Shown in pieces: positions 19,878 to 29,260 of a stretch of 64,000 nt of DNA (positions are counted from its first letter, which is position 1; every line of letters starts with the position of its first letter). Below the pieces are notes generated by a model. The model was given only the letters and a program-made list of their open reading frames with translations. It made no database searches and was not told where the DNA came from. Source of the DNA: Burkholderiales bacterium. GTDB lineage: Bacteria > Pseudomonadota > Gammaproteobacteria > Burkholderiales > Casimicrobiaceae. The stretch covers positions 60,505 to 124,504 of the forward strand of contig JBDHRR010000001.1 of assembly GCA_039807685.1 (NCBI GenBank), in the 5' to 3' direction. The translations under genes and the position numbers were made by a program.

Positions 19878-20690
19878 GTGCTCGAAGCGCGTAGCGTCAC
19901 CGTTCGCATCGGCATGCGCAAGCTGCTCGACGACGTCTCGCTGCAGGTTGCCGCCGGCGAGATCGTGGCGGTCGTCGGCGAGAACGGGGCCGGCAAGTCG
20001 ACGCTCCTGAAGCTTCTCGCCGGCGATCGCCTGCCGGCCGCCGCGCGTGTCGACGGCAGCGTGTGGATCGCCGGGCGCGAGCTCGTCGCGTGGTCGCTTG
20101 CCGAGCGCGCCCGGCTGCGGGCGGTGCTGCCGCAGCGGCCCGAACTCGCCTTCGCCTTCACCGCCCGCGAGGTCGCGGCCTTTGGTCGCTACCCGGTATC
20201 GACCCGCTGGCACGATCGCCGCGACCGCGAGATCGTCGATGCCGCGCTCGCTCTCGCCGACGCGACGCAACTCGCGGACCGCGAAGTCACGACCCTGTCC
20301 GGCGGCGAGCAGGCGCGCGTCCATCTGGCGACGGCGTTCGCGCAACTGTGGGAGATCGAGCATCTGCAGCCGCGCTTCCTCCTGCTCGACGAGCCGACGG
20401 CAGCCCTCGATCTCGCGCATCAGCACGCGTTGCTCGTCACCGCGCGCGCCTTCGCAGCGCGACGCAACATCGGCATCCTCGCCATCCTGCACGATCTCAA
20501 TCTCGCGGCGACCTATGCCGATCGGGTCGTCGTGCTGCATCGCGGACGGATGCTCGCACAGGGGGCGCCCGGCGACGTCTTGCAGCCGGCGACGATCGCC
20601 GCCGGCTTCGGGGTCGCGGCGCAAGTCCTGCGGCATCCGCTCACCGGCGGGCTCCTCATTGCGACGGCGGCCGTCGACCCCAGCGCCTGA
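19878..20690 (+). CDS. hmuV: Heme ABC transporter ATP-binding protein
   Basis: GENGAGKS, LSGGEQARVHLATAFAQLW, LLLDEPTAALDLAHQ, LHDLNLAATYADR. Confidence 0.85.
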   Translation: MLEARSVTVRIGMRKLLDDVSLQVAAGEIVAVVGENGAGKSTLLKLLAGDRLPAAARVDGSVWIAGRELVAWSLAERARLRAVLPQRPELAFAFTAREVAAFGRYPVSTRWHDRRDREIVDAALALADATQLADREVTTLSGGEQARVHLATAFAQLWEIEHLQPRFLLLDEPTAALDLAHQHALLVTARAFAARRNIGILAILHDLNLAATYADRVVVLHRGRMLAQGAPGDVLQPATIAAGFGVAAQVLRHPLTGGLLIATAAVDPSA

Positions 20691-21000
20691 CCGAGCCGCG
20701 GACGACCGGCGCATGCCCCTGGCGGCGTGTAGGACAAAGGCTGTTCGTCCCCTGTGAGACGCTGTAGGATATGTCCGACACGGCTTTCCGCCGGGCGCCG
20801 ATGCGGACAACCCCGTGCTTTGCCTACCATGGGGGCGTTCGACAGCAGGATTCGAGCGAGCCAAGCGACATCGACGGCCCATTCCCGGAGCGAGCGCGCA
20901 AGCGCAGGCGATGCCGGGGCAGCGATGGCGCCGTCACCCCACGATCATGGAAGTTGCCACCCCCAGCGCTGCCGTCGAGACGCGCCATCATCCCGCGACC

Positions 21001-21633
21001 ATGATCCGCATCCTGATCGCCGATGATCACGCCATCGTGCGCGCCGGCCTCCGGCAGTTCATCGCCGATCAGGCGGACATGGAAGTCGCGGGTGAGGCCG
21101 CCACCGGCAGCCAGTGCATCGATCTCGTGCGCAACGGCGAGTTCGACGTGGTGCTGCTCGACATCTCGATGCCCGACAAGAACGGCATCGACACCTTGAA
21201 AGCGCTCAAGCAGATCCGGCCGAGCCTGCCGGTGCTGATGCTGTCCGGATACGCCGAGGATCAGTACGCGGTCAACCTCCTGCGGGCGGGCGCCGCCGGA
21301 TATCTCGGCAAGGAGGCGGCATCGACCCAGCTCGTCGGCGCCATCCGCACCGTCGTCCACGGGCGCAAATTCGTGAGCCCGGCGCTGGCACAGATCCTTG
21401 CCGCAGGTGTTGCCGGCGATAGCGACAAGCCGCTGCACGGCGAATTGTCGCAGCGCGAGTTCCAGATCTTCTGCAAGATTGCCGCGGGTGCGGCGGTGTC
21501 GCGCATCGCCGACGAGTTGCACCTGTCGGTGAAGACCGTCAGCACGTATCGCACCCGCGTCCTCGAGAAGATGGGCATGAAATCGAATGCCGACCTCACC
21601 TACTACGCCATCAAGAACGGGCTCATCGATTGA
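21001..21633 (+). CDS. NarL/LuxR-family response regulator
   Basis: ILIADDH, LLDISMP, LSQREFQIF...LSVKTVSTYRTRVLEKM. Confidence 0.92.
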   Translation: MIRILIADDHAIVRAGLRQFIADQADMEVAGEAATGSQCIDLVRNGEFDVVLLDISMPDKNGIDTLKALKQIRPSLPVLMLSGYAEDQYAVNLLRAGAAGYLGKEAASTQLVGAIRTVVHGRKFVSPALAQILAAGVAGDSDKPLHGELSQREFQIFCKIAAGAAVSRIADELHLSVKTVSTYRTRVLEKMGMKSNADLTYYAIKNGLID

Positions 21634-21808
21634 ACGCCGATCGAACGTTGCGCGCGGCGGTCCCTTCACGCGCGCCGATGCGTCGGCCGCGGCTCGCGCG
21701 GCTCGGTTGCGCGGCACGCGTGCGGCCCGCGCCGCGGTGGAGCGCGTGATTGCAGCGCCCACACCGCACGTGGAACTGGCCGATCTCCAACCGAGGGCGG
21801 GCGTGACG

Positions 21809-22228
21809 ATGCAGCCGGGTGCGTCGTCTGCCGAAGCCGTCTTGCGGGTGGTGATCGTCGAGGATTCGGCGCTCATTCGCGCGCGCCTGTCCGAGACGCT
21901 GGCCGAGATCCCGAATCTCGCCATCGTCGAACAGGTCGAGAACGAAGCGGCCGCGATCGCGGTGCTGCGCGATCAGCGCTGGGATGCCGTCGTGCTCGAC
22001 CTCCAGTTGAAGCAGGGCACCGGGCTCGGCGTGCTGAAGGCGCTCGCCAAGGGCACCAAACCGCAGCACGCGACGGTGATCGTCTTCACCAACTTCGCGT
22101 TTCCGCAGTACCGCGAGCGGAGTCTCGCGCTCGGCGCGGATTATTTTTTCGACAAGGCGCGCGAGTTCCACCGCGTGCGCGAAGTCCTGACCGCACTTGC
22201 CGCCGGCGGGTCGGCGGCGGCGCATTGA
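21809..22228 (+). CDS. Single-domain response regulator
   Basis: VVIVEDS, VVLDLQL, FTN, YFFDK; no output domain. Confidence 0.85.
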   Translation: MQPGASSAEAVLRVVIVEDSALIRARLSETLAEIPNLAIVEQVENEAAAIAVLRDQRWDAVVLDLQLKQGTGLGVLKALAKGTKPQHATVIVFTNFAFPQYRERSLALGADYFFDKAREFHRVREVLTALAAGGSAAAH

Positions 22229-22303
22229 TTCCCGACCTCCAACGTAACGGTTTCCATCATGACTCTAGTCGACGAAATCAAGCTCCTGCTAGAAGCCCCC
22301 ACC

Positions 22304-22771
22304 ATGAACGCGCGCGACATCCGTACGCTGCTGCGTAACGACCACGACGAGATCCTCATCCTGGCCCGCGACATGTACGAGTCCGAGAGCGGGGACGAGC
22401 GCCGCGCACTGCTGCGGCAATTGCGGCCGGCGCTCTTCCTGCACGCGCGCGCCGAGGAGCGGGACGTCTACGACGCCCTCCTCGCGCGCGACAACGACGA
22501 GCTCCGGACGCTCGCCTACGAGGGCTACGTCCGGCATGGCATCGTCGACGATCTCGTGGAGAAGCTCGTCAAGAGCCGCAAGACCGAAACCGACGAGTGG
22601 AAGGCGTATGCGAAGGTCCTCTTCGACGTCCTCGAGCAGCGCATCGAGGATGAACGCACGCACCTCCTGCCGGTGCTCGAAGAGATCTTCGACGACGACG
22701 CGCGGGAAGCGATGGGCCGCCGCTTCAATGCGACCAAGGCGCGGCTGTCGATGAAGCTCAAGGCGGCGTAA
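22304..22771 (+). CDS. Hemerythrin/HHE-domain protein (partly degenerate)
   Basis: NDHDEI, HARAEERDVY, VRHGIVD; start may be 22259. Confidence 0.72.
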   Translation: MNARDIRTLLRNDHDEILILARDMYESESGDERRALLRQLRPALFLHARAEERDVYDALLARDNDELRTLAYEGYVRHGIVDDLVEKLVKSRKTETDEWKAYAKVLFDVLEQRIEDERTHLLPVLEEIFDDDAREAMGRRFNATKARLSMKLKAA

Positions 22772-24191
22772 CGGACGCTTCCTCGGCGGGCCGCGCGTGG
22801 ATCGGCACGTTGACCTCGATCAGCGTGCCACCGTCGGGTCGCCGCGAGATCGCGAACTCACCGTGCAGCGCGCGTACGCGCTGGCGCATTCCCGCGATTC
22901 CATGTGACAGCAGGTTGCCCTGCGCATCCTCCGGGATGCCGATCCCGTCGTCCTCGATCAGCAAGATGACGTCGGTAGCCGTGGCGCCGAGGTCGACGCG
23001 CACCGTCTTCGCCCGAGCGTACTTCACGATGTTGGTGAGCGCCTCCTGCAGGATGCGGTAGAGCGCGATTGCGACGTCGGACGGGATCCGGCTATCGTCG
23101 CCCGGCGTGTCGATCGTGCACGCGAGCCCGGCGCGGTCGCAGACCTCGCGGACCTGCCAATCGAGCGCTGCGCTGAGGCCGAGGTTGTCGAGCAGCGTCG
23201 GCCGCAGGTCCTCGATGATCCGCCGCTTGATCTGCACGCCGTCGTCGAGCGCTTTCTGCGCGCGTTCGAGCTTGGCCGTGACCTGCGGCTCGTGGTGCTT
23301 GCGCAGGTAGTCTTCCACCCACGCGATGTCCATCTTCGCGCTCACCAGGATGCCGCCCAATTCGTCGTGGATGTCACGGGCGAGCTTCGACTTTTCGTCC
23401 TCCCGCACGCGTTGCAGGTAGCTCGACAGCTCGGACAGTTCTGCCGTGCGCTGCTCGACCTCGCTTTCGAGGCGTCGCTTGTCCTCGACCATCGTGCGCC
23501 GGCGCGCCTCGCGCTGCTGCGCGTCACGGCGGGCGAGGAGCCACACCACGAGCAGCAGGGCAATGGCGAAGCCGGTCATGATCTGCATGCCGAGGCGGGC
23601 GAAGGCGACGTCGGCAGACCAGCGATTCATGGCGGCCGTGAGCTGCTGCTGCTGCGCGGCGGCCATGCCGTCGACTTCCGCGCGGATGTCGTCCATGGCG
23701 CGCCGGCCGATGCCGGTATCGAGGAGCGCTTGCGCCGCCGAGTCGCCGTTTCGCTTGTACAGCGCGAGCGCCGACTCGAGTTCGGCGAGTTTCTGGCCGA
23801 CCAGGCCGTTGAGCTTGGAGAGCGCATCGCGCTCCTGCGCGGTTCCGTACGTCACCAGCATTTCGCGCAACCGGTTGAAGGTGCCGCCGATCTTCGGCAG
23901 TGCATTGTTGTACGGCGTGAGATATTCCACCTTTCCAGTGAGGAGATAGCCGCGCTGCCCGGTCTCGGCATCGACCACGAGTGCGAGCGCCTCGTGCAAC
24001 GACGCCTGCAGTTCGAGCGCCGCGGCGATCTGCCGGTTGGCCACTTCGAGTCGCCGATACCCGAGTTCGGCGTACACGGCGATGGCGATCGACGCGATCA
24101 TGCCGAGGACGAGCGGGGCGACGAGCTTCAGCGGGAGAACGTGCTTCACGGGTATGGGCAGGTGCGCGACGGCATCGTTGCCGCAGCGCAA
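22758..24191 (-). CDS. CHASE3-domain sensor histidine kinase (HisKA_3)
   Basis: DAETGQRGYLLTGKVEYLTPY (CHASE3); LARDIHDELGG (H-box); LYRILQEALTNIVKY, EDDGIG, HGIAGMRQR. Confidence 0.9.
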   Translation of the reverse strand: MRCGNDAVAHLPIPVKHVLPLKLVAPLVLGMIASIAIAVYAELGYRRLEVANRQIAAALELQASLHEALALVVDAETGQRGYLLTGKVEYLTPYNNALPKIGGTFNRLREMLVTYGTAQERDALSKLNGLVGQKLAELESALALYKRNGDSAAQALLDTGIGRRAMDDIRAEVDGMAAAQQQQLTAAMNRWSADVAFARLGMQIMTGFAIALLLVVWLLARRDAQQREARRRTMVEDKRRLESEVEQRTAELSELSSYLQRVREDEKSKLARDIHDELGGILVSAKMDIAWVEDYLRKHHEPQVTAKLERAQKALDDGVQIKRRIIEDLRPTLLDNLGLSAALDWQVREVCDRAGLACTIDTPGDDSRIPSDVAIALYRILQEALTNIVKYARAKTVRVDLGATATDVILLIEDDGIGIPEDAQGNLLSHGIAGMRQRVRALHGEFAISRRPDGGTLIEVNVPIHARPAEEASVTPP

Positions 24192-24253
24192 CGAGGCAGT
24201 CTATACCGATCGTGCGGCGATGTCGTAGCCGGCTTGCCGTCTTAGAATGCGGG

Positions 24254-24595
24254 ATGTCTTCACTACGACCATCTCCCACGCTTGCCGCACCGCTGCTCGC
24301 GGCGTTCCTCCTCGCCGGCTGCGCGAGCGCGCCAGGCAAGGATCCGCAGACGGTCGGCGAAGCCGATGCGTCCTATCTCAATCGCGAGTGCAAGCTCCTC
24401 GGTACGGTCACCAGCCGCAGTCTCTTCGGGGGTCTCTCCGACGAGGCGAAGATCCAGGGCGCGATCAAGGACGTGCGCGCGAAGGCGGCGGCGATGGGAG
24501 CGACGCACATCCTGATGCTGAAGGCCGAGATTTCGGGGGTTGCGAACCTGGGCGAGGCTACTGCCCGCGCGTATCGCTGCCCGGTCAAGCCCTGA
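24254..24595 (+). CDS. Small lipoprotein, DUF4156-like
   Basis: Lipobox LAGC; ECKLLG...AAAMGATHI...AYRC pattern. Confidence 0.7.
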   Translation: MSSLRPSPTLAAPLLAAFLLAGCASAPGKDPQTVGEADASYLNRECKLLGTVTSRSLFGGLSDEAKIQGAIKDVRAKAAAMGATHILMLKAEISGVANLGEATARAYRCPVKP

Positions 24596-24672
24596 GGGCG
24601 AAGGGCACTTGCATAGAGACGCCGGGACGCAGAGGAATCGTTCTTCTCGGCGCCTGTGCGTCTCCCGTGGAA

Positions 24673-27195
24673 TCAATCGCCGAGGGCGAGGGCGAACGCG
24701 GCTTCGAGATCCATTGCCTCGCCTTCGGCGCGCAGGCGCGCGATCTCGGCCGGCGCCATGGCCTGCGCGAGTTCTGCCGCGAGCCTTGCGTGGACGCGCA
24801 GTTCGCCACGCTGGCGCAGGATCTCCCGTGCGGCGTGTGCCGCATCGCTGCAGCCGCCGATGCGCGCGGCATCGGCGAGTCGGCCGGTGCGTGCCGCGCG
24901 CAGCGCGAGGTGGTCGAGGAGCTGAGGGGCGAGTCCGTTGTCGCGACAGGGTGGGTGCGCGTCGTGCGCCACGCGCAGCGCGGCCGCGAGGTCGCCACGC
25001 TCGACCAGCATGCCGATCCGATTGATCAGACACAGCGCCATGGCGGTACCGCCTGCCATGTCGGGCATCCCGCGCAGCGTCGTCATGACCTCGTGGTTGG
25101 CCACCAGCGCGCGGTCGAGGTCGCCCGCCAGCCACGCCATTTCGGCGACGTTGCTCTGCAGCAGCGCGGCGACGCGCGTGACGCCGGTGCTGCGGCACAG
25201 GGCGATCGCCTGCTCGCTCGTGGCCAGCGCGCCCTCGGCATCATCGCGGACCGACATCATGTAGGCGACCGCTCCGAGGTAGGCGATGCGCGAGCGCGTC
25301 TGCGTCGAGCCTTCGAGGAGGCGCGCCGCCTCGGCGAGCGCGGCGTCGGCCTCGGCGAGCCGGTTGGCGTAGACGAGCGGATAGGCGCCACTCACCAGCG
25401 CATAGGCAAGCCCTTCGCGGTCGCCGGCAGCCCGTTGGGCCGCGATCGCCTCGGCGAATGCGTCGATCACCACGGTCAGCGACGACACCTCGGCCAGCAT
25501 CGCTTGCGCCAGGGCGAGCCGCGCGCGATCGCGCGCTGAAGTCGTGTGATCCGCCCGCGCCAGCGCATGCGCGATCCACTCGCGTGCCTCGTTGCGGTCG
25601 GCGAGATTGTTGACGAAGAGCCGCACCGCGACTGCCGCGAGGGTGATGCCGAGCGCCGCATCACCACCGCCGAGCGCCCAGGCGAGGGCGGCCCGCACGT
25701 TGCCGAGTTCGGGTGTGCATGCGGCGTGCCACTCGGCGTCCGACATGCCCTGCCAGCGGTCGAATATCTCGCTGAAGAGGTCGCGATAGTGCTCCGCGTG
25801 ACGCCGCTGCACGTCGGTCGTTTCGCCTGCTTCGGCGAGCCTTTCCAGCGCGTAAGCGCGCGTCGTCTGGTGCAGGTGGTAGCGCGGCAAGCCGCTGCCG
25901 CCGCTGGCGACGACGAGCGAGCGTTTCTCGAGACGGGCGAGCACGTCGACCGCGGCATGCGCATCGATCGCCGGATCGGCAACCACGGCGGCGATCCCGG
26001 CGAGCGTCGCGCCATCGACGAAGACCGCCATGCGTCGCAGCACGCTCCGCTCGTCCTGCGCCAGGAGGTCGTAGCTCCAGTCGAGGACGGTGCGCAGCGT
26101 CTGGTGATGCCGGGTGGACGTTGCCGTGGTCCTCGTCAGCAGCCGGAAGCGGTCGTCGAGGCGCGCCGCGATCTGCTCGATCGACAGCGTTTGCATCCGG
26201 GCAGCGGCGATTTCGAGTGCCAGGGGCATGCCGTCGAGGTCGATGCACAGTTGCGCCACCAGCGGCGCGGAGGCGGTGGTCAGCGCGAAGTCCGGCTGCT
26301 GCTGGCGGGCGCGCGCGACGAACAGGCGCGCGGCGTCGCTGCGGGCGACGGTCTCGGCGTCGGCACCGGGCGCGGGCAGTGTCAGCGGGTCGAGCCGGTA
26401 CGTCCGCTCCTGGGCAAGATCGAGTGGCTCGCGGCTGGTGGCGAGGATTTTCAACCGTGGGGCGCGCTCGATGAGCGTCGCCACGAGGTCAGCGCTGGCG
26501 GCGCGCACGTGCTCGCAGTTGTCGATGACGAGGAGGGCGCAGCGCGCGGCGAGGTACCCCGCGATGGCCTCCGACAGCACCTGCGCTCCCTGGCGGCGGA
26601 TTCCCAGCACCTGGGCCACGGTGTCGGCGACGCGAGCCGGGTCGGTCACGTTCGCGAGTCCGATGAACCAGATCCCGTCGGGGTACGCATCCGCCTGCCG
26701 TGCGGCCAGTTCCACGGCGAGGCGGGTCTTGCCGCTGCCGCCGGCGCCGACGATCGTCAGGACGCGCGCCGCCCGCAGCTCCCGCGCGATCTCGTCCTGC
26801 TCGCGTTCGCGACCGATGAACGAGGTCGTGGCGGCCCTGAGGTTGGTGTGCGCCACGCGGCTCGATGCGGGCGCGGCATCCGCGGACGTCACCGGTCCCA
26901 CGAACCGGTAACCGCGCCACGGCACCGTCTCGATCCACTTCGCGGCACCCGGCACCGCCTTGAGTGCCCTGCGGATCGCGGAGATCTGTACCGCGAGGTT
27001 GCTCTCCTCGACGACAGCGTCGCGCCACGCCGCATCGAGGATATCCGCCTTGGCGACCATCTCCGGCGCGTGCCGGACGAGCATCGCCAGCACGGCAACC
27101 GCGCGCGGTCCGAGCGGAAGCGACGTCCCGGCGTGGCTCAGAAGCGCGGCGTCGACGTCGAGGCGCAGCGGTCCGAGGTCGAAAATTCGGGTCAT
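24673..27195 (-). CDS. OmpR-type winged helix plus STAND NTPase plus TPR-like regulator
   Basis: N-terminal LGPRAVAVL...VEESNLAVQISAIRRAL...IETVPWRGYRF; Walker A GAGGSGKT; Walker B LLVIDNCEH; LDGMPLALEIAAAR; helical C-terminus. Confidence 0.88.
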   Translation of the reverse strand: MTRIFDLGPLRLDVDAALLSHAGTSLPLGPRAVAVLAMLVRHAPEMVAKADILDAAWRDAVVEESNLAVQISAIRRALKAVPGAAKWIETVPWRGYRFVGPVTSADAAPASSRVAHTNLRAATTSFIGREREQDEIARELRAARVLTIVGAGGSGKTRLAVELAARQADAYPDGIWFIGLANVTDPARVADTVAQVLGIRRQGAQVLSEAIAGYLAARCALLVIDNCEHVRAASADLVATLIERAPRLKILATSREPLDLAQERTYRLDPLTLPAPGADAETVARSDAARLFVARARQQQPDFALTTASAPLVAQLCIDLDGMPLALEIAAARMQTLSIEQIAARLDDRFRLLTRTTATSTRHHQTLRTVLDWSYDLLAQDERSVLRRMAVFVDGATLAGIAAVVADPAIDAHAAVDVLARLEKRSLVVASGGSGLPRYHLHQTTRAYALERLAEAGETTDVQRRHAEHYRDLFSEIFDRWQGMSDAEWHAACTPELGNVRAALAWALGGGDAALGITLAAVAVRLFVNNLADRNEAREWIAHALARADHTTSARDRARLALAQAMLAEVSSLTVVIDAFAEAIAAQRAAGDREGLAYALVSGAYPLVYANRLAEADAALAEAARLLEGSTQTRSRIAYLGAVAYMMSVRDDAEGALATSEQAIALCRSTGVTRVAALLQSNVAEMAWLAGDLDRALVANHEVMTTLRGMPDMAGGTAMALCLINRIGMLVERGDLAAALRVAHDAHPPCRDNGLAPQLLDHLALRAARTGRLADAARIGGCSDAAHAAREILRQRGELRVHARLAAELAQAMAPAEIARLRAEGEAMDLEAAFALALGD

Positions 27196-27407
27196 GAGCA
27201 GGCAAAGGCGCGGATTCTCGGCAACGGCCGCGACCCGCGAGCGTCACCCGATCGGCGCCATCGGCGTGGCGCTCGATCAGGTCAAGCCTACCATTCTCGC
27301 CGCCGCGGGAGGTTACGGACGCGGCGACGGCCGGGCGCCGTCGTCGCGCGCTGCGCCGTGATCGCGCGGGAGAAGAATGCGGGCGGGCAGCGCCCCGCGC
27401 CGACAGG

Positions 27408-28028
27408 CTAGCCCGGCGCGATGCCGGCGTGGGATCCAGCCGATTCCACGAGCTGGATGAGTTGCGCCGGCGAGCGGGCGCCGAGCTTGCGCATCGCTCG
27501 CGAGCGGTGGACCTTCACCGTGCTCTCGGTGCACGCGAGGTCCGCCGCAATCTGCTTGTTGAGGAGTCCGCCGGCTACCCGAGTGAGAACCGCCCGCTCG
27601 CGCTGCGTGCAACGTGCCAGGAGGTCGTGCGCGCGGGCGGCGTGACGGGCATCGGCGTGACTCGTGATCGCGCGGGTCGCCGCCGCCTCGATCGCCGCGA
27701 TGAGCGTGCCGTCGTCGGTCGGCGATGGCAGCACGTCGATGACGCCGGCGCGCATCGCGCGCACCACGAAGCGCAGGTCGACTCCCCGATATACGACGAT
27801 CACGGCAGCGCCGATCGCGCACAGCCGCTGGCAGAGCTGCGTATCCACTTCGGGTGAGCTGTCGTCGACGTCGATCACCACGCACGTGGGCGTCGCCAGG
27901 GTTGCGGCGGCGCCCCAGACCGCGAGCGAGTCGACCGTGTCGATCCGATAGCGATCCGGAAGCCGGAGGGAGGCGAGGCGGGTGGTTGCGGTGGAGTCGC
28001 AGACGACGCGAATGATCGGAGGCTGCAT
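27408..28028 (-). CDS. FixJ-like LuxR regulator with atypical receiver domain
   Basis: C-terminal TQRERAVLTRVAGGLLNKQIAADLACTESTVKVHRSRAMRKL; VRAMRAGVIDVLPSP where FixJ has GAxDFxxKP. Confidence 0.75.
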   Translation of the reverse strand: MQPPIIRVVCDSTATTRLASLRLPDRYRIDTVDSLAVWGAAATLATPTCVVIDVDDSSPEVDTQLCQRLCAIGAAVIVVYRGVDLRFVVRAMRAGVIDVLPSPTDDGTLIAAIEAAATRAITSHADARHAARAHDLLARCTQRERAVLTRVAGGLLNKQIAADLACTESTVKVHRSRAMRKLGARSPAQLIQLVESAGSHAGIAPG

Positions 28029-28219
28029 GGCTGGGCCGGGACACCGCCGCGCTTGGGGCGGCGTCGGTAGTCGAGCAAACGATTGCCGGCGCCACGCGAC
28101 GTGGCCGCGGCGGCTTCGGCGATGCCCCGCACGATGCGGCAAAGCCGTCGAAAAATCCTGAAGAATTCCTGAAAATGCCGCGCAAGACGGCGAAGCGGCG
28201 GCCCGCGGCCGCCGTGCGG

Positions 28220-29260
28220 TCATCGCGGCGGCTCGGATCGCGCTGCGGTCGATCCGCGCGGCGGCCGTGTTGGCGTCGGTGCCCGCGATGCGCGGGCGCC
28301 CCCGGCGACGATTCCCAGCGTCATGACGAGGAGGGTAGCAACGACGTTGTGCAGGGTCGCCGCCACGAGCGGACGGATACCGATCGAGGTCGCGGCGCCG
28401 ATGACCACCTGCGCGGCAACGAGCACCACCAGCCACACCGCGAGTCGACGCCGCGTCGCGCGCAGGCGCCATGCCAGCAGGCCAACCGCGAGCGCAAACG
28501 CCAGCGCGACGATGCGGTGCGCAACCTGCAGTCCTTGCCGGGCGCCGGCATCCAACGCGGGCGACGCTTGCCACGGATCGAATGCCGCGACGCTCGGTCG
28601 CGCGCCGCTCATGCACAGCGGCGTGGCACAGGCGTCGATCGCGTGCCGGGCGCCGATCATCGTGCCGCTGTACGCGAGGAGGGCGACGAGCGCCAAGGCC
28701 ACGAGCGCGCTGCGGGTGATCGCGGCGCCGGCCGGCGCGCTGGCGTCGACGGCGGGCGAGCCCGCTTCCCCGCGGCGGTGCAACGCTGCCGCGACCCACC
28801 CGAGGACAGCGGTCAGGAGGAGCCCGCCGACGAGGTTGCCGAGCGTCACCAGTGGCAGGTCGTGCGGGGTATAGCGACCCAACCACGCGAGGAAGGCGGT
28901 CACGGTCACTGCCACGACGGCGGCGACGCGTCCCGAGACGGCGAGCGACGTCCAGCCGAGCACGGTCACGACGAGAACGAGAACGCCGACGGTCGTCGCG
29001 CTCACCCGGTGCAGCGCGCGGGCGCTGCGCACGCCGGGGAGATCGTCGGTCTTCGCGGTGACCGCAGCCGGCGGGTGGGACGTGGTGCCGGGAGCGGGGC
29101 TGGCGGCGATGCCCGGCGCTGCGGCGGTCGCATGCGCGGTCCGATAGCACGCCGGCCAATCGACGCAGCCCACCCCGTTCTGCGCATGACGGATGAAGGC
29201 GCTCGACGCGGTGATGCACACCGTGAGCAGCGCCGCGACGAGCGCGACGAGCCGGATCAT
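28220..29260 (-). CDS. ctaA: COX15/CtaA (heme A synthase)-family protein with altered catalytic residues
   Basis: GCVDWPAC loop, second Cys pair CATPLC, ALHR, VAHR, TLHN; the second substrate-site His appears as N (TLGNL). Confidence 0.75.
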   Translation of the reverse strand: MIRLVALVAALLTVCITASSAFIRHAQNGVGCVDWPACYRTAHATAAAPGIAASPAPGTTSHPPAAVTAKTDDLPGVRSARALHRVSATTVGVLVLVVTVLGWTSLAVSGRVAAVVAVTVTAFLAWLGRYTPHDLPLVTLGNLVGGLLLTAVLGWVAAALHRRGEAGSPAVDASAPAGAAITRSALVALALVALLAYSGTMIGARHAIDACATPLCMSGARPSVAAFDPWQASPALDAGARQGLQVAHRIVALAFALAVGLLAWRLRATRRRLAVWLVVLVAAQVVIGAATSIGIRPLVAATLHNVVATLLVMTLGIVAGGARASRAPTPTRPPRGSTAARSEPPR

